The notes: generated from the sequence alone by a model not told the origin. Shown: positions 8,554 to 17,619, counted from the first letter of the stretch. The stretch: 64,000 bases of DNA from Candidatus Kerfeldbacteria bacterium (GCA_043813585.1 JBDRKW010000020.1:65185-129184); one strand, 5' to 3'. Made by a program: numbers and translations.

Positions 8554-10923
8554 ATGGAGAGATTACGTTTTATTAAAGCACTGGCGATTGCAGGATCCGC
8601 ATCAGTGTTCATTTTTGCGTGTACGGCTGTTCCTGCAAGCGCGACAAATTATGTTGTTACAAAGACAGCAGACACGAATGACGGTACGTGCAACAGCGAT
8701 TGTTCGCTTCGCGAAGCTATTCGCGCTGCAAATGATGTTTTAGGGGACGATGAAGTTACGATTCCTGCCGGGACATACACGTTCACCCTGGCGGGGCGCG
8801 GGGAAGATGCCGCATCAACCGGCGACTTGGACATTGAAGACAATCTCATCATTCGGGGTGATAAGGCATCGAATACCATCATTGACGCGGACGATCTGGA
8901 CAGGGTCTTTGAGGTTGAAGCAGGATGGATAGTGGAACTCCATGATCTCACCATCCAAAACGGTACGGCAGCGGTCGGGTCCGGTGCGAATGGGGGAGGC
9001 ATAGCGAACGAAGGCGTGCTATCCATTTATGATTGCATCATAAAGAATAATATCGCGTCTTCATTTTCAGGCGTGACCGGGGGATCGGGAAATGGCGGCG
9101 GCATCTATAATAACGGAGCAATGCCACTTATTGAGCGAACAACATTTGATGGCAATAAGGCAGTTATGAGCAGAAGTTCCAACTTCGGAACTGGCATGGG
9201 CGGTGCAATCTATAACAATTTGGAAATAACAACCATTAATGATTCTGAGTTTACCGGGAATTACGGCTCATATAATACCGGCACCGGGAACTTTGCCGGG
9301 TATGCCGGAGCCATTCATAATGACAGTACATTAGGGACATTAAAGCACTCAACCTTATCCAATAATGGAGCGGTCTACACCGAAGGCCTGGGAACAGGAT
9401 ATGGCGGCGGCATTTTTAACAATGGCACATGGACAACCCTACGCAACACAACATTCAAGGCAAACGTTGCCCTTGAGCACGAGGGCCCGGGATTTGCGGC
9501 GGGTTACGGAGGTGCAGCATTTAACAATAATTCGCTTCAAACCATTCAACGGGTAAAAATTCTCAACAATACGGCTAAGAAAGGCACGGGCCAGGGATAC
9601 GGTTATGCGGGAGGAGTGTTCATTAATGCACCGATAGCCACCATGGAGCATATGACGATAGACGGTAATGTGGCGTTAAGCTACAACAGTGTCTCGGGTT
9701 CCTCTCTCGGTTATGGGGGAGGACTGTACGTAAATAGTGTAGTGACTACATTCCGAAACACCACCATAAGCAATAACACCGCCAAAAAAGGATTCAATGA
9801 TGGAAATGGTTATGGCGGAGGCATGTATGTGAACAGTAAAATATCACATTTTCAGAACTCAACCGTGAGCGGCAATACGACATGTGAATATACTGGCAGC
9901 GGAACCGTGGGTTGCTGGGGCGGTGGCATATATGAAAATGCAGACGGATCGAGTTACGATCATGTAACAATAGCCGACAATACAACGGCAAACGTAACCG
10001 GTAGCGGGATGGCAAACGCAAGCGCCGGCGGGATTTTCCAGGGCGGCACTGCATTAGCGCTCAAAAATTCAATCCTTTCAGGCAATTACGAAGACGGTGA
10101 CCAAACAACCGCTTCTGACTGCGAAATTTGGGGAACACTGACATCAGGTGGATATAACATCTTCAGCGAGACAACAGACTGTACAGTAACTACATCCACT
10201 GGCGACCAAACAAACACAGATCCGGAGATCGGTATCCTCAATGATAATGGAGGGTTCAATGAAACACATAAACTGCTCGACGGATCACCTGCGCTAGACA
10301 AGATTCCAACGGCGGTCTGTACTTTGAATGAGGACCAGCGCGAAGTAGAGCGGCCGCAGGGCGAAAACAATAAATGCGATGTGGGCGCGTATGAGCTTGA
10401 ACAGTGGGGTGCGGTAGCCGAACTCGTTCCACAACAGAACACGGAACTCAAAGTAAAGTACACCTACGGCTCTGACCAGACCTTCGATGTCTTTACAACT
10501 GGTACCGCAAAACCAAAGTGCAAACTGGCAAAAGACGGCGAGCGCATCGTCTGTGTGAAATACAACGGTAAAAACGTGAGTGTAACCGATTCTTGGTCTG
10601 GCGAAGTACTTTCAAAAACAAAGATCAGGAAGAATAAGCAGCCGTATGTGAAGTTAAAAGTCTTCGACTTCTATGACGATGATCCAAAAAATGAGGTTGT
10701 GGTTGCATCGATCCGCAATAACAAATTGCGAACAACCATCATTACCCTCACGGACGAAAAAAGCAAACTAAAGAACGAAAATACGAAGAAGGAGGATCCT
10801 TTCACAAGGGACGGCTTTGATATTGATGGCCACAAGAAGCGAGTTCAGATTATGTACGGAAGCGACGTATTGCACGAATACAAGGTGAACAGCGACCGGG
10901 ATCTCGAAGACTGGAGTTCCTAG
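8554..10923 (+). CDS. secreted right-handed beta-helix repeat protein (CSLREA-motif N-domain, Pmp-like GGxI/FxxN rungs, conserved lysine-rich C-terminal module), paralog 1
   Basis: Signal peptide 'ALAIAGSASVFIFACTAVPASA'. N-domain 'TKTADTNDGTCNSDCSLREAIRAAND'. About ten ~22-aa rungs 'GYGGGIYNNG / GGAIYNN / GGAAFNNN'. A ~165-aa C-terminal domain is about 80% identical to that of the paralog. Confidence 0.6.
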   Translation: MERLRFIKALAIAGSASVFIFACTAVPASATNYVVTKTADTNDGTCNSDCSLREAIRAANDVLGDDEVTIPAGTYTFTLAGRGEDAASTGDLDIEDNLIIRGDKASNTIIDADDLDRVFEVEAGWIVELHDLTIQNGTAAVGSGANGGGIANEGVLSIYDCIIKNNIASSFSGVTGGSGNGGGIYNNGAMPLIERTTFDGNKAVMSRSSNFGTGMGGAIYNNLEITTINDSEFTGNYGSYNTGTGNFAGYAGAIHNDSTLGTLKHSTLSNNGAVYTEGLGTGYGGGIFNNGTWTTLRNTTFKANVALEHEGPGFAAGYGGAAFNNNSLQTIQRVKILNNTAKKGTGQGYGYAGGVFINAPIATMEHMTIDGNVALSYNSVSGSSLGYGGGLYVNSVVTTFRNTTISNNTAKKGFNDGNGYGGGMYVNSKISHFQNSTVSGNTTCEYTGSGTVGCWGGGIYENADGSSYDHVTIADNTTANVTGSGMANASAGGIFQGGTALALKNSILSGNYEDGDQTTASDCEIWGTLTSGGYNIFSETTDCTVTTSTGDQTNTDPEIGILNDNGGFNETHKLLDGSPALDKIPTAVCTLNEDQREVERPQGENNKCDVGAYELEQWGAVAELVPQQNTELKVKYTYGSDQTFDVFTTGTAKPKCKLAKDGERIVCVKYNGKNVSVTDSWSGEVLSKTKIRKNKQPYVKLKVFDFYDDDPKNEVVVASIRNNKLRTTIITLTDEKSKLKNENTKKEDPFTRDGFDIDGHKKRVQIMYGSDVLHEYKVNSDRDLEDWSS

Positions 10924-10937
10924 AAGTCTAATATAAA

Positions 10938-10963
10938 GGGCCGCTACTGCGCGGTCCTTTTTT
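10938..10963 (+). terminator. rho-independent terminator (GGGCCGC-tactgc-GCGGTCC-TTTTTT), near-copy of 8479-8505
   Basis: Same stem as the upstream terminator with only the loop differing. It is followed by cgcTATACTa. Confidence 0.7.
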
Positions 10964-10980
10964 AGTACAGCAAAAAGCGC

Positions 10981-10986
10981 TATACT
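10981..10986 (+). promoter_or_regulatory. TATACT -10 element upstream of beta-helix gene 2
   Basis: gcaaaaagcgcTATACTa closely matches gcaaaaaaacggTATACTa at 8511-8528. Confidence 0.4.
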
Positions 10987-11015
10987 ACTCTTGTTAATGA
11001 TTATTCAATAGAACT

Positions 11016-13613
11016 ATGGAGAGATTTCACTTAATCAAAGCGTTGGCAATTACAGGAACATTGTCAGTGTGCTTTTTTGCACTTTCAGCCGTACCGGCAA
11101 GTGCAGACACGTTTGTTGTTACCAAATCCGCAGACACTAATGATGGTACTTGCGACAACGACTGCTCTCTGCGTGAAGCCATTCGCGCTGCAAATGATCA
11201 ATTAGGAGAAGATTCCATCTCATTGCCGGCCGGTACGTATACATTATCAATCGCCGGGCGCGGTGAGGAGGCCGCATCAACCGGCGACCTGGACATTGAG
11301 GAGAATCTGGTCTTTTGGGGTTCGCATGCGACAACAACCTTCATTGATGCCGATGAACTGGACCGCGTGTTTCAGGTGGAACCGGGAGTGACCTTTGAAC
11401 TGCATAGTGTAACCATCCGCGACGGCGTGGCAAACGTCAACGCGAACGGCTACGGCGGCGGCCTCTTTAACAGCGGCACGCTAAAGGTCTACGATTGCAT
11501 ATTTGAAAGCAATACTGCGACATACCTGTCGTCAGGCGCATCAGGCACCGGCTACGGCGGCGGCATTTACAGCAATAACGGAACCATCGATATAATCGAA
11601 GGCACCACGTTTAAAGACAATATTGCGGTCCATAACACAACAACGAATATCGGCACCGGCTACGGCGGCGGCGTCTATAATAACAACGGTACGCTCACTG
11701 AATTAGCGTCCAGTTCGTTCGAGAATAACAGGGCGGAGTATAACACGGGAACAGGAACACATACCGGTTTCGGGGGCGGATTATGGAACGGCGGCACGGT
11801 CGGGCTAGTTAAGTACACGCAATTTACCGAAAATGCCGCAAACGAAAGCACGCAGGCAGGTAACGGGTGGGGAGGCGGTCTCTATAACGCCGGGACAATG
11901 AACGTGGTGCGCGATTCGACGTTTTCTGAAAACACCGGCCTGATAAATAATTCACTCGCAACAGCTAGCGGACAGGGCGGCGGCGTGTACAACAGCGGCA
12001 CTCTCAAAGTGTTGCAGCGCGTAACGCTGGAGGGTAACCACGGAAAAACCGGGTCCGGACCGGGCGGCGGGAGCGGAGGCGCCATCAGAAACATCGGCGA
12101 TATGAATAACCTTGAAGACCTGGTGGTTCAGGAAAACGTGGCTCTTGATTATGACGGTGCCGCATCATCGGCAGCATACGCCGGCGGGCTGTCCAACAAC
12201 GGAACAATATTAAAAATTCAGCGTTCAACCTTCAGTGGCAATATCGGCAGGATCGGCTCTGGAGCCGGCGATGTGTACGGCGGCGGTATCTTCGACCAGG
12301 GAGCTATTAACGCGCTCGAAAATTCAACGATTAGCGGGAACACCGCTCTCTATGACGAAAGTAGCTCTGGTACCAACAGGGGCGAGGGCGGCGGCTACTG
12401 CAACTACGGTTCGGGCTCGACATTAACGAACGTTACCATCGCCGACAACGCTGCTCTGGTGAAGGACGGTGCAAATACAAGCGCCGGATATGGTGGCGGG
12501 TTCTATATTGCCGGCACGATGACGCTTTCGAACTCCATTGTTGCGGACAACACGGCAGGCGGCGCCGGCGATTCCCCGGATTGTGACAATAACAACACGA
12601 TGAATACAAACGGTTACAATATCGTCAGCGATACGACGAATTGTAATTGGAGTTTGGCAACAGGCGACAGAACGGATACAGATCCCGATTTGAATGAGCT
12701 CGCTGACAACGGCGGTTTTGGGGAAACACATTCTTTAAAAACCGGTTCGCTTGCCATAGACCAGATACCTATTGCAAACTGTTCGCTTGCCACTGATCAG
12801 CGTGTGCTTGACCGTCCCGAAGGCACCAAATGCGATATGGGCGCAGTCGAAATGGACCAGACCGCGCCGGTTCTTACTGTAGTCGGCGACTCACCGATGG
12901 ATATCTTGATAAATGATGAATATATCGAACGCTGGGCGTCAGCAACGGATAATTTTGATAACAATGTTCAATCCACGCTAACGTACGACGAACCCGTCAA
13001 CACAGGCAAGATAGGCACCTATTATGTGACCTATACCGCAACTGACAGGGATGGGAATGTCGGAACCGTTCAGCGCACGGTGAATGTCATAAGCCGCGGA
13101 GATGTCACGGAGTTGGTTCCAATGCAAAACACCGAATTGAAGGTCAAATATTCCGGAGGAACGGAACAGACCTTCGATGTGTTTGCAAAGGGCAAGGCAA
13201 AACCCAAATGCAAGCTGTCAAAAGATGAAGAACGCATTGTGTGCGTGAAGTATTCCGGACGCAACGTAAGCGTGCTTGATGCGCAGAGCGGAGAGGTCTA
13301 TTCCAAGAGCAAAATTCGGAAGTACAAGCAGTCGTATGTAAAGTTCAAGGTGATGAATTTCTACGATGACGATCCGAAGAATGAAATTATTGTAGCGACC
13401 ATTAGGGGAAGCAAGCTACGAACGACAATCCTGACGCTCACCGACGCAAACAGCAACCTGAAGAACAAAAATACCAAGAAAGAAGATCCATTTACGAGTG
13501 ACGGCTTCACTATCAAGAAATACAAGAAACGGGTACAGATTAAATACCGCAGTAACGTGCTGCACCAATACAAAGTAAACAGCGACCGCGACCTTGAGGA
13601 TTGGGGTTCGTAG
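11016..13613 (+). CDS. secreted right-handed beta-helix repeat protein, paralog 2, with an additional Ig-like (DUF5011-type) insert
   Basis: N-terminal about 65% identical to paralog 1 (CSLREA motif conserved). Eleven GYGGG(I/L/V)YN rungs. The insert 'TAPVLTVVGDSPMDILINDEYIERWASATDNFDNNVQS...YYVTYTATDRDGNVGTVQRTVNV' matches the DUF5011 Ig-like domain. C-terminal module shared with paralog 1. Confidence 0.6.
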   Translation: MERFHLIKALAITGTLSVCFFALSAVPASADTFVVTKSADTNDGTCDNDCSLREAIRAANDQLGEDSISLPAGTYTLSIAGRGEEAASTGDLDIEENLVFWGSHATTTFIDADELDRVFQVEPGVTFELHSVTIRDGVANVNANGYGGGLFNSGTLKVYDCIFESNTATYLSSGASGTGYGGGIYSNNGTIDIIEGTTFKDNIAVHNTTTNIGTGYGGGVYNNNGTLTELASSSFENNRAEYNTGTGTHTGFGGGLWNGGTVGLVKYTQFTENAANESTQAGNGWGGGLYNAGTMNVVRDSTFSENTGLINNSLATASGQGGGVYNSGTLKVLQRVTLEGNHGKTGSGPGGGSGGAIRNIGDMNNLEDLVVQENVALDYDGAASSAAYAGGLSNNGTILKIQRSTFSGNIGRIGSGAGDVYGGGIFDQGAINALENSTISGNTALYDESSSGTNRGEGGGYCNYGSGSTLTNVTIADNAALVKDGANTSAGYGGGFYIAGTMTLSNSIVADNTAGGAGDSPDCDNNNTMNTNGYNIVSDTTNCNWSLATGDRTDTDPDLNELADNGGFGETHSLKTGSLAIDQIPIANCSLATDQRVLDRPEGTKCDMGAVEMDQTAPVLTVVGDSPMDILINDEYIERWASATDNFDNNVQSTLTYDEPVNTGKIGTYYVTYTATDRDGNVGTVQRTVNVISRGDVTELVPMQNTELKVKYSGGTEQTFDVFAKGKAKPKCKLSKDEERIVCVKYSGRNVSVLDAQSGEVYSKSKIRKYKQSYVKFKVMNFYDDDPKNEIIVATIRGSKLRTTILTLTDANSNLKNKNTKKEDPFTSDGFTIKKYKKRVQIKYRSNVLHQYKVNSDRDLEDWGS

Positions 13614-13646
13614 GCGATATGCGGCTGCGTTTGGACATCATGACAC

Positions 13647-13675
13647 TTGATTTATTCCGGTAAATATGCTATCTT
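13647..13675 (+). promoter_or_regulatory. putative promoter (TTGATT-17-TATCTT) for the 13688-16471 cassette
   Basis: Hexamers with a 17-nt spacer, ending 12 nt before ATG 13688. Confidence 0.3.
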
Positions 13676-13687
13676 TTCATGTTCCAT

Positions 13688-13858
13688 ATGGCGATTGACC
13701 AGCACAGCAAACAACAAGTCCAACAGATGCAGTCCATATACGAGCGGGCATTGCAACAGCTTCAGGCGATCCGCGAGAGCAGGAAACAGTGGAGCGTATG
13801 GTTTGCCGACCATGTAAACAAGAGGAAAATCGAAAAAATAAAGAAAGAGCTGCAGTAA
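13688..13858 (+). CDS. small hypothetical protein (56 aa, Q-rich coiled-coil)
   Basis: ATG..TAA ORF 'MAIDQHSKQQVQQMQSIYERALQQLQAIRESRKQWSVWFADHVNKRKIEKIKKELQ', below the 60-aa cutoff of the ORF track. Its stop lies 1 nt before ATG 13860. Confidence 0.35.
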   Translation: MAIDQHSKQQVQQMQSIYERALQQLQAIRESRKQWSVWFADHVNKRKIEKIKKELQ

Positions 13859-13859
13859 T

Positions 13860-15983
13860 ATGCCAGGACTCGAAGGAGCCCCGTCCAGTGCTCCGCAGGA
13901 AAAACAATCGCAAGAGAAAGCGCCTGCAGTAGAACGCGCTGCCGGTCTTGACGTTGAAAGCCTGGACACACCGGAAAAGCGCAGGGAATTCGGCGAACAG
14001 CTGCAACAGGCGCTCCATGCGCAGAGCGAAGCTGTCCGGAACGACATTGCCGAAGGGAGCAGGCGCCTGGACAGGGATTCAGCAGACCTGTCACGTGAAG
14101 AGGTCGCTGATATCTATCCGCAGGCGCAAGCCGCCTTTCAACAACTGGAGACACAGGCTGTTCAGATAGATGCACAGGCAACCGCGCAAATTGATAGCGT
14201 GATTGCCGAGGAGCAAGGTGGAACCGTTCCCGAAGGAGCTTCATTGCGCATAACACGTTCGGAAGCGGAGCTGCAGGCGCTTCGGGACGTTGAACTGGTC
14301 GGTCCGGAAAAATACGGTAAAAGCCTGGTAAAGGAACACCACCGGGACAACATGACGGTGGGCGAGCACGAACAGGCTCAGGAGAAGGCGATGCAGGCGA
14401 TGCAGGAGAAAATTGATGCAGGCGTGATTGATCCGGGGTCAATTTCGAGCGACATGTTGCGCGAACTCGGAGTTGAGCCGGGCACCGAAGGCGCGCCGGA
14501 TTCATTCGACTCTATCATAGGCAGTATTCGAACAGAGCTTACCAAATTTCGCTCCGAAGGATACATCCCGAATTTGGAGGAAGGCGTTGCGATCGAGAAG
14601 GAAATCCGCGAATATATTGACATCTATAGGGAATCGTTTCCGGACGCACCGCCGCAGAAAGTATTCGAAGTGGCCCGCGATAACGCGAGAAAGCTCGCCT
14701 ACCAGACCAGCAGGGATAAAGAAGTGTTCTCAGGGTCTGACCACGGAACCAAACATATCCTGGACGGAAACATGAAGTTCGCCAACCAGATGCTCGACAG
14801 CCTGCAAAAGCAGGGAGTTGACGTGTCTGCGAAAGACAAGCTCTTCATCCACCAGATCATCATTGACCATGACATTGGGTATACGGTTGGAGCCGCGCAG
14901 GCAAAGAAAGGCTTTGAAGCGTCGAAAGACCATCCGCTGTTCAGCACGAAGTTCGTGGAGCAAAACGAAGAGTATTACAAGGATAAGTTCGGCGAGGACG
15001 GGTACAAGATGATTCGTGACGGCATCCTCTACCACAGCTACCCCAAAACAGAACTCAATACGCCGCGTTCAGGTCCTGACGCGGTCAACGTCGATTTGGT
15101 CCGTTCGGTCACTTCCATTGTTGATGGCCTGGGAGTGACGGCGGAGACGAAGACGCCGGCGTTCTTCCAGAAACCGGAAGCGATTTCCACACTCATGAAG
15201 CTTCGTCTTGCCATGGAGGCAGGTGCGACAAAAGACAATCCGTCATTGCTGGATACTTATAAAGCCGATTTGCGGGAAATAGCAGACAAAGAACCGAATG
15301 AAAAACGGCGGACCCAGTTCGGCAAAGCAATTGATGATTTTTTCAATGAATATACTGCTGAAGTGACTCTCGGCCACTATACCGGCGTTGTGCAGGAAGT
15401 GGGCGTCACAATGCAGGGAGACAAGTTCGTCCCCCATGTCAAAGCAAAAATGTCGCGGATACACGCTCTTCTTGGTGACATGTTCGGCGGCAAGCTTGAG
15501 GGCCAGGCGTTTATGAAAGCGATGCAGGAGTTCGGCGTGGAAAGTAATGAGATGAATCGGTTCGGCCTTGAGCTGGAAATTGCGAGGAAAAACGCGATCA
15601 TACGGGAAAAGCCGCTGCAAATGAGGTCAGAGACCGCAGTATTCGAAGTTGATTCCCGATTTATCGAGGAAACTGATAACCAGTACGCCGATATTGAAGC
15701 CGCGATAAGCGAAGTGTACGGCACTTCAATTCGCTCCGAAATCAACAGCATTCTGGACAGCTTTAAAAAAAATCCTGAACTGGCGAGGGAAAACGTTGAC
15801 GAAATACGCGACCGGTTCATCTTTTCTACCACGGAAAAAGCAACAGCGGACGAATTAAAGCAGATACAAACCATGATTGACGGACTTGCAAACCCCGACC
15901 CGGCCGTCGCGCAGGGCGCAGGGGATCAGCTGCGGCATTTCCTGACGGCGGAAGAAAAAAAGCTTTTAAAAATACAAACATGA
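13860..15983 (+). CDS. large hypothetical protein (707 aa) with disordered Q/E/A-rich N-terminus and a possible HD-type phosphohydrolase motif
   Basis: Uninterrupted 707-codon ORF. A central 'SDHGTKHIL ...(37 aa)... IIIDHDIGY ... KDHPLFS ... ILYHSYP' pattern fits the H..HD..H..H spacing of HD domains. No other family recognised. The competing minus-strand ORFs are R/P-rich GC artefacts. Confidence 0.55.
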   Translation: MPGLEGAPSSAPQEKQSQEKAPAVERAAGLDVESLDTPEKRREFGEQLQQALHAQSEAVRNDIAEGSRRLDRDSADLSREEVADIYPQAQAAFQQLETQAVQIDAQATAQIDSVIAEEQGGTVPEGASLRITRSEAELQALRDVELVGPEKYGKSLVKEHHRDNMTVGEHEQAQEKAMQAMQEKIDAGVIDPGSISSDMLRELGVEPGTEGAPDSFDSIIGSIRTELTKFRSEGYIPNLEEGVAIEKEIREYIDIYRESFPDAPPQKVFEVARDNARKLAYQTSRDKEVFSGSDHGTKHILDGNMKFANQMLDSLQKQGVDVSAKDKLFIHQIIIDHDIGYTVGAAQAKKGFEASKDHPLFSTKFVEQNEEYYKDKFGEDGYKMIRDGILYHSYPKTELNTPRSGPDAVNVDLVRSVTSIVDGLGVTAETKTPAFFQKPEAISTLMKLRLAMEAGATKDNPSLLDTYKADLREIADKEPNEKRRTQFGKAIDDFFNEYTAEVTLGHYTGVVQEVGVTMQGDKFVPHVKAKMSRIHALLGDMFGGKLEGQAFMKAMQEFGVESNEMNRFGLELEIARKNAIIREKPLQMRSETAVFEVDSRFIEETDNQYADIEAAISEVYGTSIRSEINSILDSFKKNPELARENVDEIRDRFIFSTTEKATADELKQIQTMIDGLANPDPAVAQGAGDQLRHFLTAEEKKLLKIQT

Positions 15984-16471
15984 CCACGCCACCTTCAAAT
16001 CAGTACGAACGCCAGTTGCGCAATTCAAAGGATACGGCCGAGGAAGAGGAGCGCCGCTCCAGGATGTACGCGCGCATGTTAGATTACATTGAACAACAGG
16101 TACCGGGTTTTACAGTAGGACCGATGGAAGCCGTCACCCTCGCGTATATCTGCAATAAAAAAATTGATGTGCTTCCCCATGACGCGACTGCCGAGACGGT
16201 AACACAGCAGGTATTCGGAATAGAGCAGGGGGACACCGCGCTGGATGCGATGTGGAAAATCCAGCAGGTGGTGCACGGCTGCACAATGGAGGGAATCGAC
16301 AGGCTCGTGCAGGAAGCGCATGGAAATGATGAGGAACGAGCGAAAATGGAAACCCTGCGCTCTATGGTGGCTGCGTCGCATCAAGATAAAGAGGAGAAAT
16401 ACAAAAAAGGCAAGATGTTCAGTATTGGAAAGATCCCTGCGTATTGGAAACCCAGCTGGCTCAAGCTGTAA
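15980..16471 (+). CDS. hypothetical protein (163 aa), translationally coupled to the 707-aa protein
   Basis: ATGA overlap with the upstream stop. No recognisable motif. Confidence 0.5.
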   Translation: MTTPPSNQYERQLRNSKDTAEEEERRSRMYARMLDYIEQQVPGFTVGPMEAVTLAYICNKKIDVLPHDATAETVTQQVFGIEQGDTALDAMWKIQQVVHGCTMEGIDRLVQEAHGNDEERAKMETLRSMVAASHQDKEEKYKKGKMFSIGKIPAYWKPSWLKL

Positions 16472-16475
16472 AAAA

Positions 16476-17606
16476 TTATCTTCTTACCAGTTTGCTCACA
16501 AGCTCCACATGCGGCGTATGCGGGAACATGTCCACCGCTTTTATGGCATCCACGCGATAATACTTCGAAAGCTCCGTAATGGAGCGGGCGTATTGTTTGT
16601 AGTTGCATGAAACATAGACAATCCGCGGCGGGAGACTAGTGAGAAGGTCTTTCAGCGCATTGTCGTGCAGGCCGCTGCGTGGCGGATCAATAATGACAAG
16701 ATCGGGATCGAGCGACATCCAGTCGTACTCTTCGGTTTTTGCGACATGGAATGAAATATCAGCATTATTCAGCTCTGCATTTACTTGTGCGTCCGCAATT
16801 GCCTCCGGCACAAGTTCAACGCCAATCAGCTTTTTTGCGGATCGCGCAAGCGGGATCGAGAAAAAGCCGCTGCCGCAATACAGGTCGAGCACAATTTGCT
16901 CTGAAATATCACCGGCAAAGTCCTGGACGCATTGCATTAATAACGGAGCAGTTGAGGAGTTGGTCTGAAAAAACGCGTTGGGTGTGATGCGATACCGGAA
17001 CCCGTTGATAACCTCTTCAATAAACCCTTGGCCTGAAATTATATGAAGTTCGTCCCCGAACGAGACATCAGCGGTTGTATGGTTCACAGACCAGACGATC
17101 GTTGCCGCTCCCGTATCTTTTGCCAGAACTTCAAGCGCGCTTAAACACTCAATGCGTTCCTGCTCGTTGTTTGGTTCGCTCGTGACAATAATTACCATGG
17201 TATCGCCTGCGAGCGTCGCGCGTACAACCGCATAGCGCAATAACCCATGGTGTGCCTTGCGGTCAAAAAAAGACAATCCGGAATCAGCGACCCACTGGCG
17301 TATGATCGGAAACAGATGTTCAATCGCTTCATCGCCTAAAAAGCACGGATGGTTATCGATGACGCGCCACCATTTTCCCTTTTGCCGTAATCCTACACGG
17401 CCTTCGAAATCGATCACAAAATCCATCCGGTTGCGGTAGTGCGCGGTTTTTGCCGACGGCACAATCTCGGTACAGGACAAATCCAGCTTATGCAATGCCA
17501 AACTGCCATTGATATCTGATAATTTCTGCTTCAGCTGCTTCTCATACGGTATATGCGACCATCCGCACGAGCCGCAGACCTCCTTATTGGGACAGAGTGT
17601 TTTCAT
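16476..17606 (-). CDS. 23S rRNA (uracil-C5)-methyltransferase, RlmD/RumA family (Fe-S cluster type)
   Basis: N-terminal Cys cluster 'CPNKEVCGSCGW'. SAM motif 'VLDLYCGSGFFS'. Catalytic 'DPPRSG' and C-terminal 'VYVSCN'. Confidence 0.8.
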   Translation of the reverse strand: MKTLCPNKEVCGSCGWSHIPYEKQLKQKLSDINGSLALHKLDLSCTEIVPSAKTAHYRNRMDFVIDFEGRVGLRQKGKWWRVIDNHPCFLGDEAIEHLFPIIRQWVADSGLSFFDRKAHHGLLRYAVVRATLAGDTMVIIVTSEPNNEQERIECLSALEVLAKDTGAATIVWSVNHTTADVSFGDELHIISGQGFIEEVINGFRYRITPNAFFQTNSSTAPLLMQCVQDFAGDISEQIVLDLYCGSGFFSIPLARSAKKLIGVELVPEAIADAQVNAELNNADISFHVAKTEEYDWMSLDPDLVIIDPPRSGLHDNALKDLLTSLPPRIVYVSCNYKQYARSITELSKYYRVDAIKAVDMFPHTPHVELVSKLVRR

Positions 17607-17619
17607 CTCTGCTATAATA
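17591..17619 (+). promoter_or_regulatory. promoter with consensus TATAAT 6 nt upstream of the acyP ATG (leaderless transcript likely)
   Basis: gGACAGa-17-TATAAT. The -10 ends at 17619 and the ATG is at 17626. Confidence 0.35.

Noticed and set aside
8649-10463. Minus-strand ORFs (8649-9026, 9794-10054, 10086-10463) inside beta-helix gene 1
   Set aside because: They are antisense to a long, paralog-supported coding region. Their Ser/Pro/Cys-rich composition arises from the Gly-codon-rich sense strand.
8990-12560. Periodic ~66-nt repeats that could be mistaken for a CRISPR-like or tandem-repeat array
   Set aside because: The periodicity is at the protein level (GYGGGIYNNG beta-helix rungs). 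The nucleotide copies are degenerate, in frame, and have no spacer/repeat structure.
13652-14505. Three overlapping minus-strand ORFs (131, 113 and 247 aa), Pro/Arg/Ala-rich, opposite the 707-aa gene
   Set aside because: The region is GC-rich and the + strand carries an uninterrupted 707-codon ORF in an operon context. The antisense ORFs have low-complexity R/P/A composition typical of spurious frames.
6078-16475. Calling the tRNA-Gln-adjacent block an intact integrative element or prophage
   Set aside because: No integrase, recombinase, transposase, phage structural gene or second distant att copy is visible. Only an att-like scar and accessory-type cargo are present, so it is reported as a possible island remnant and not as a mobile_element feature.
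16469-16478. Possible bidirectional terminator between convergent genes 15980-16471 and rlmD
   Set aside because: Only 4 nt separate the two stop codons, with no hairpin or T-run. Termination must occur inside the opposing gene or by other means.
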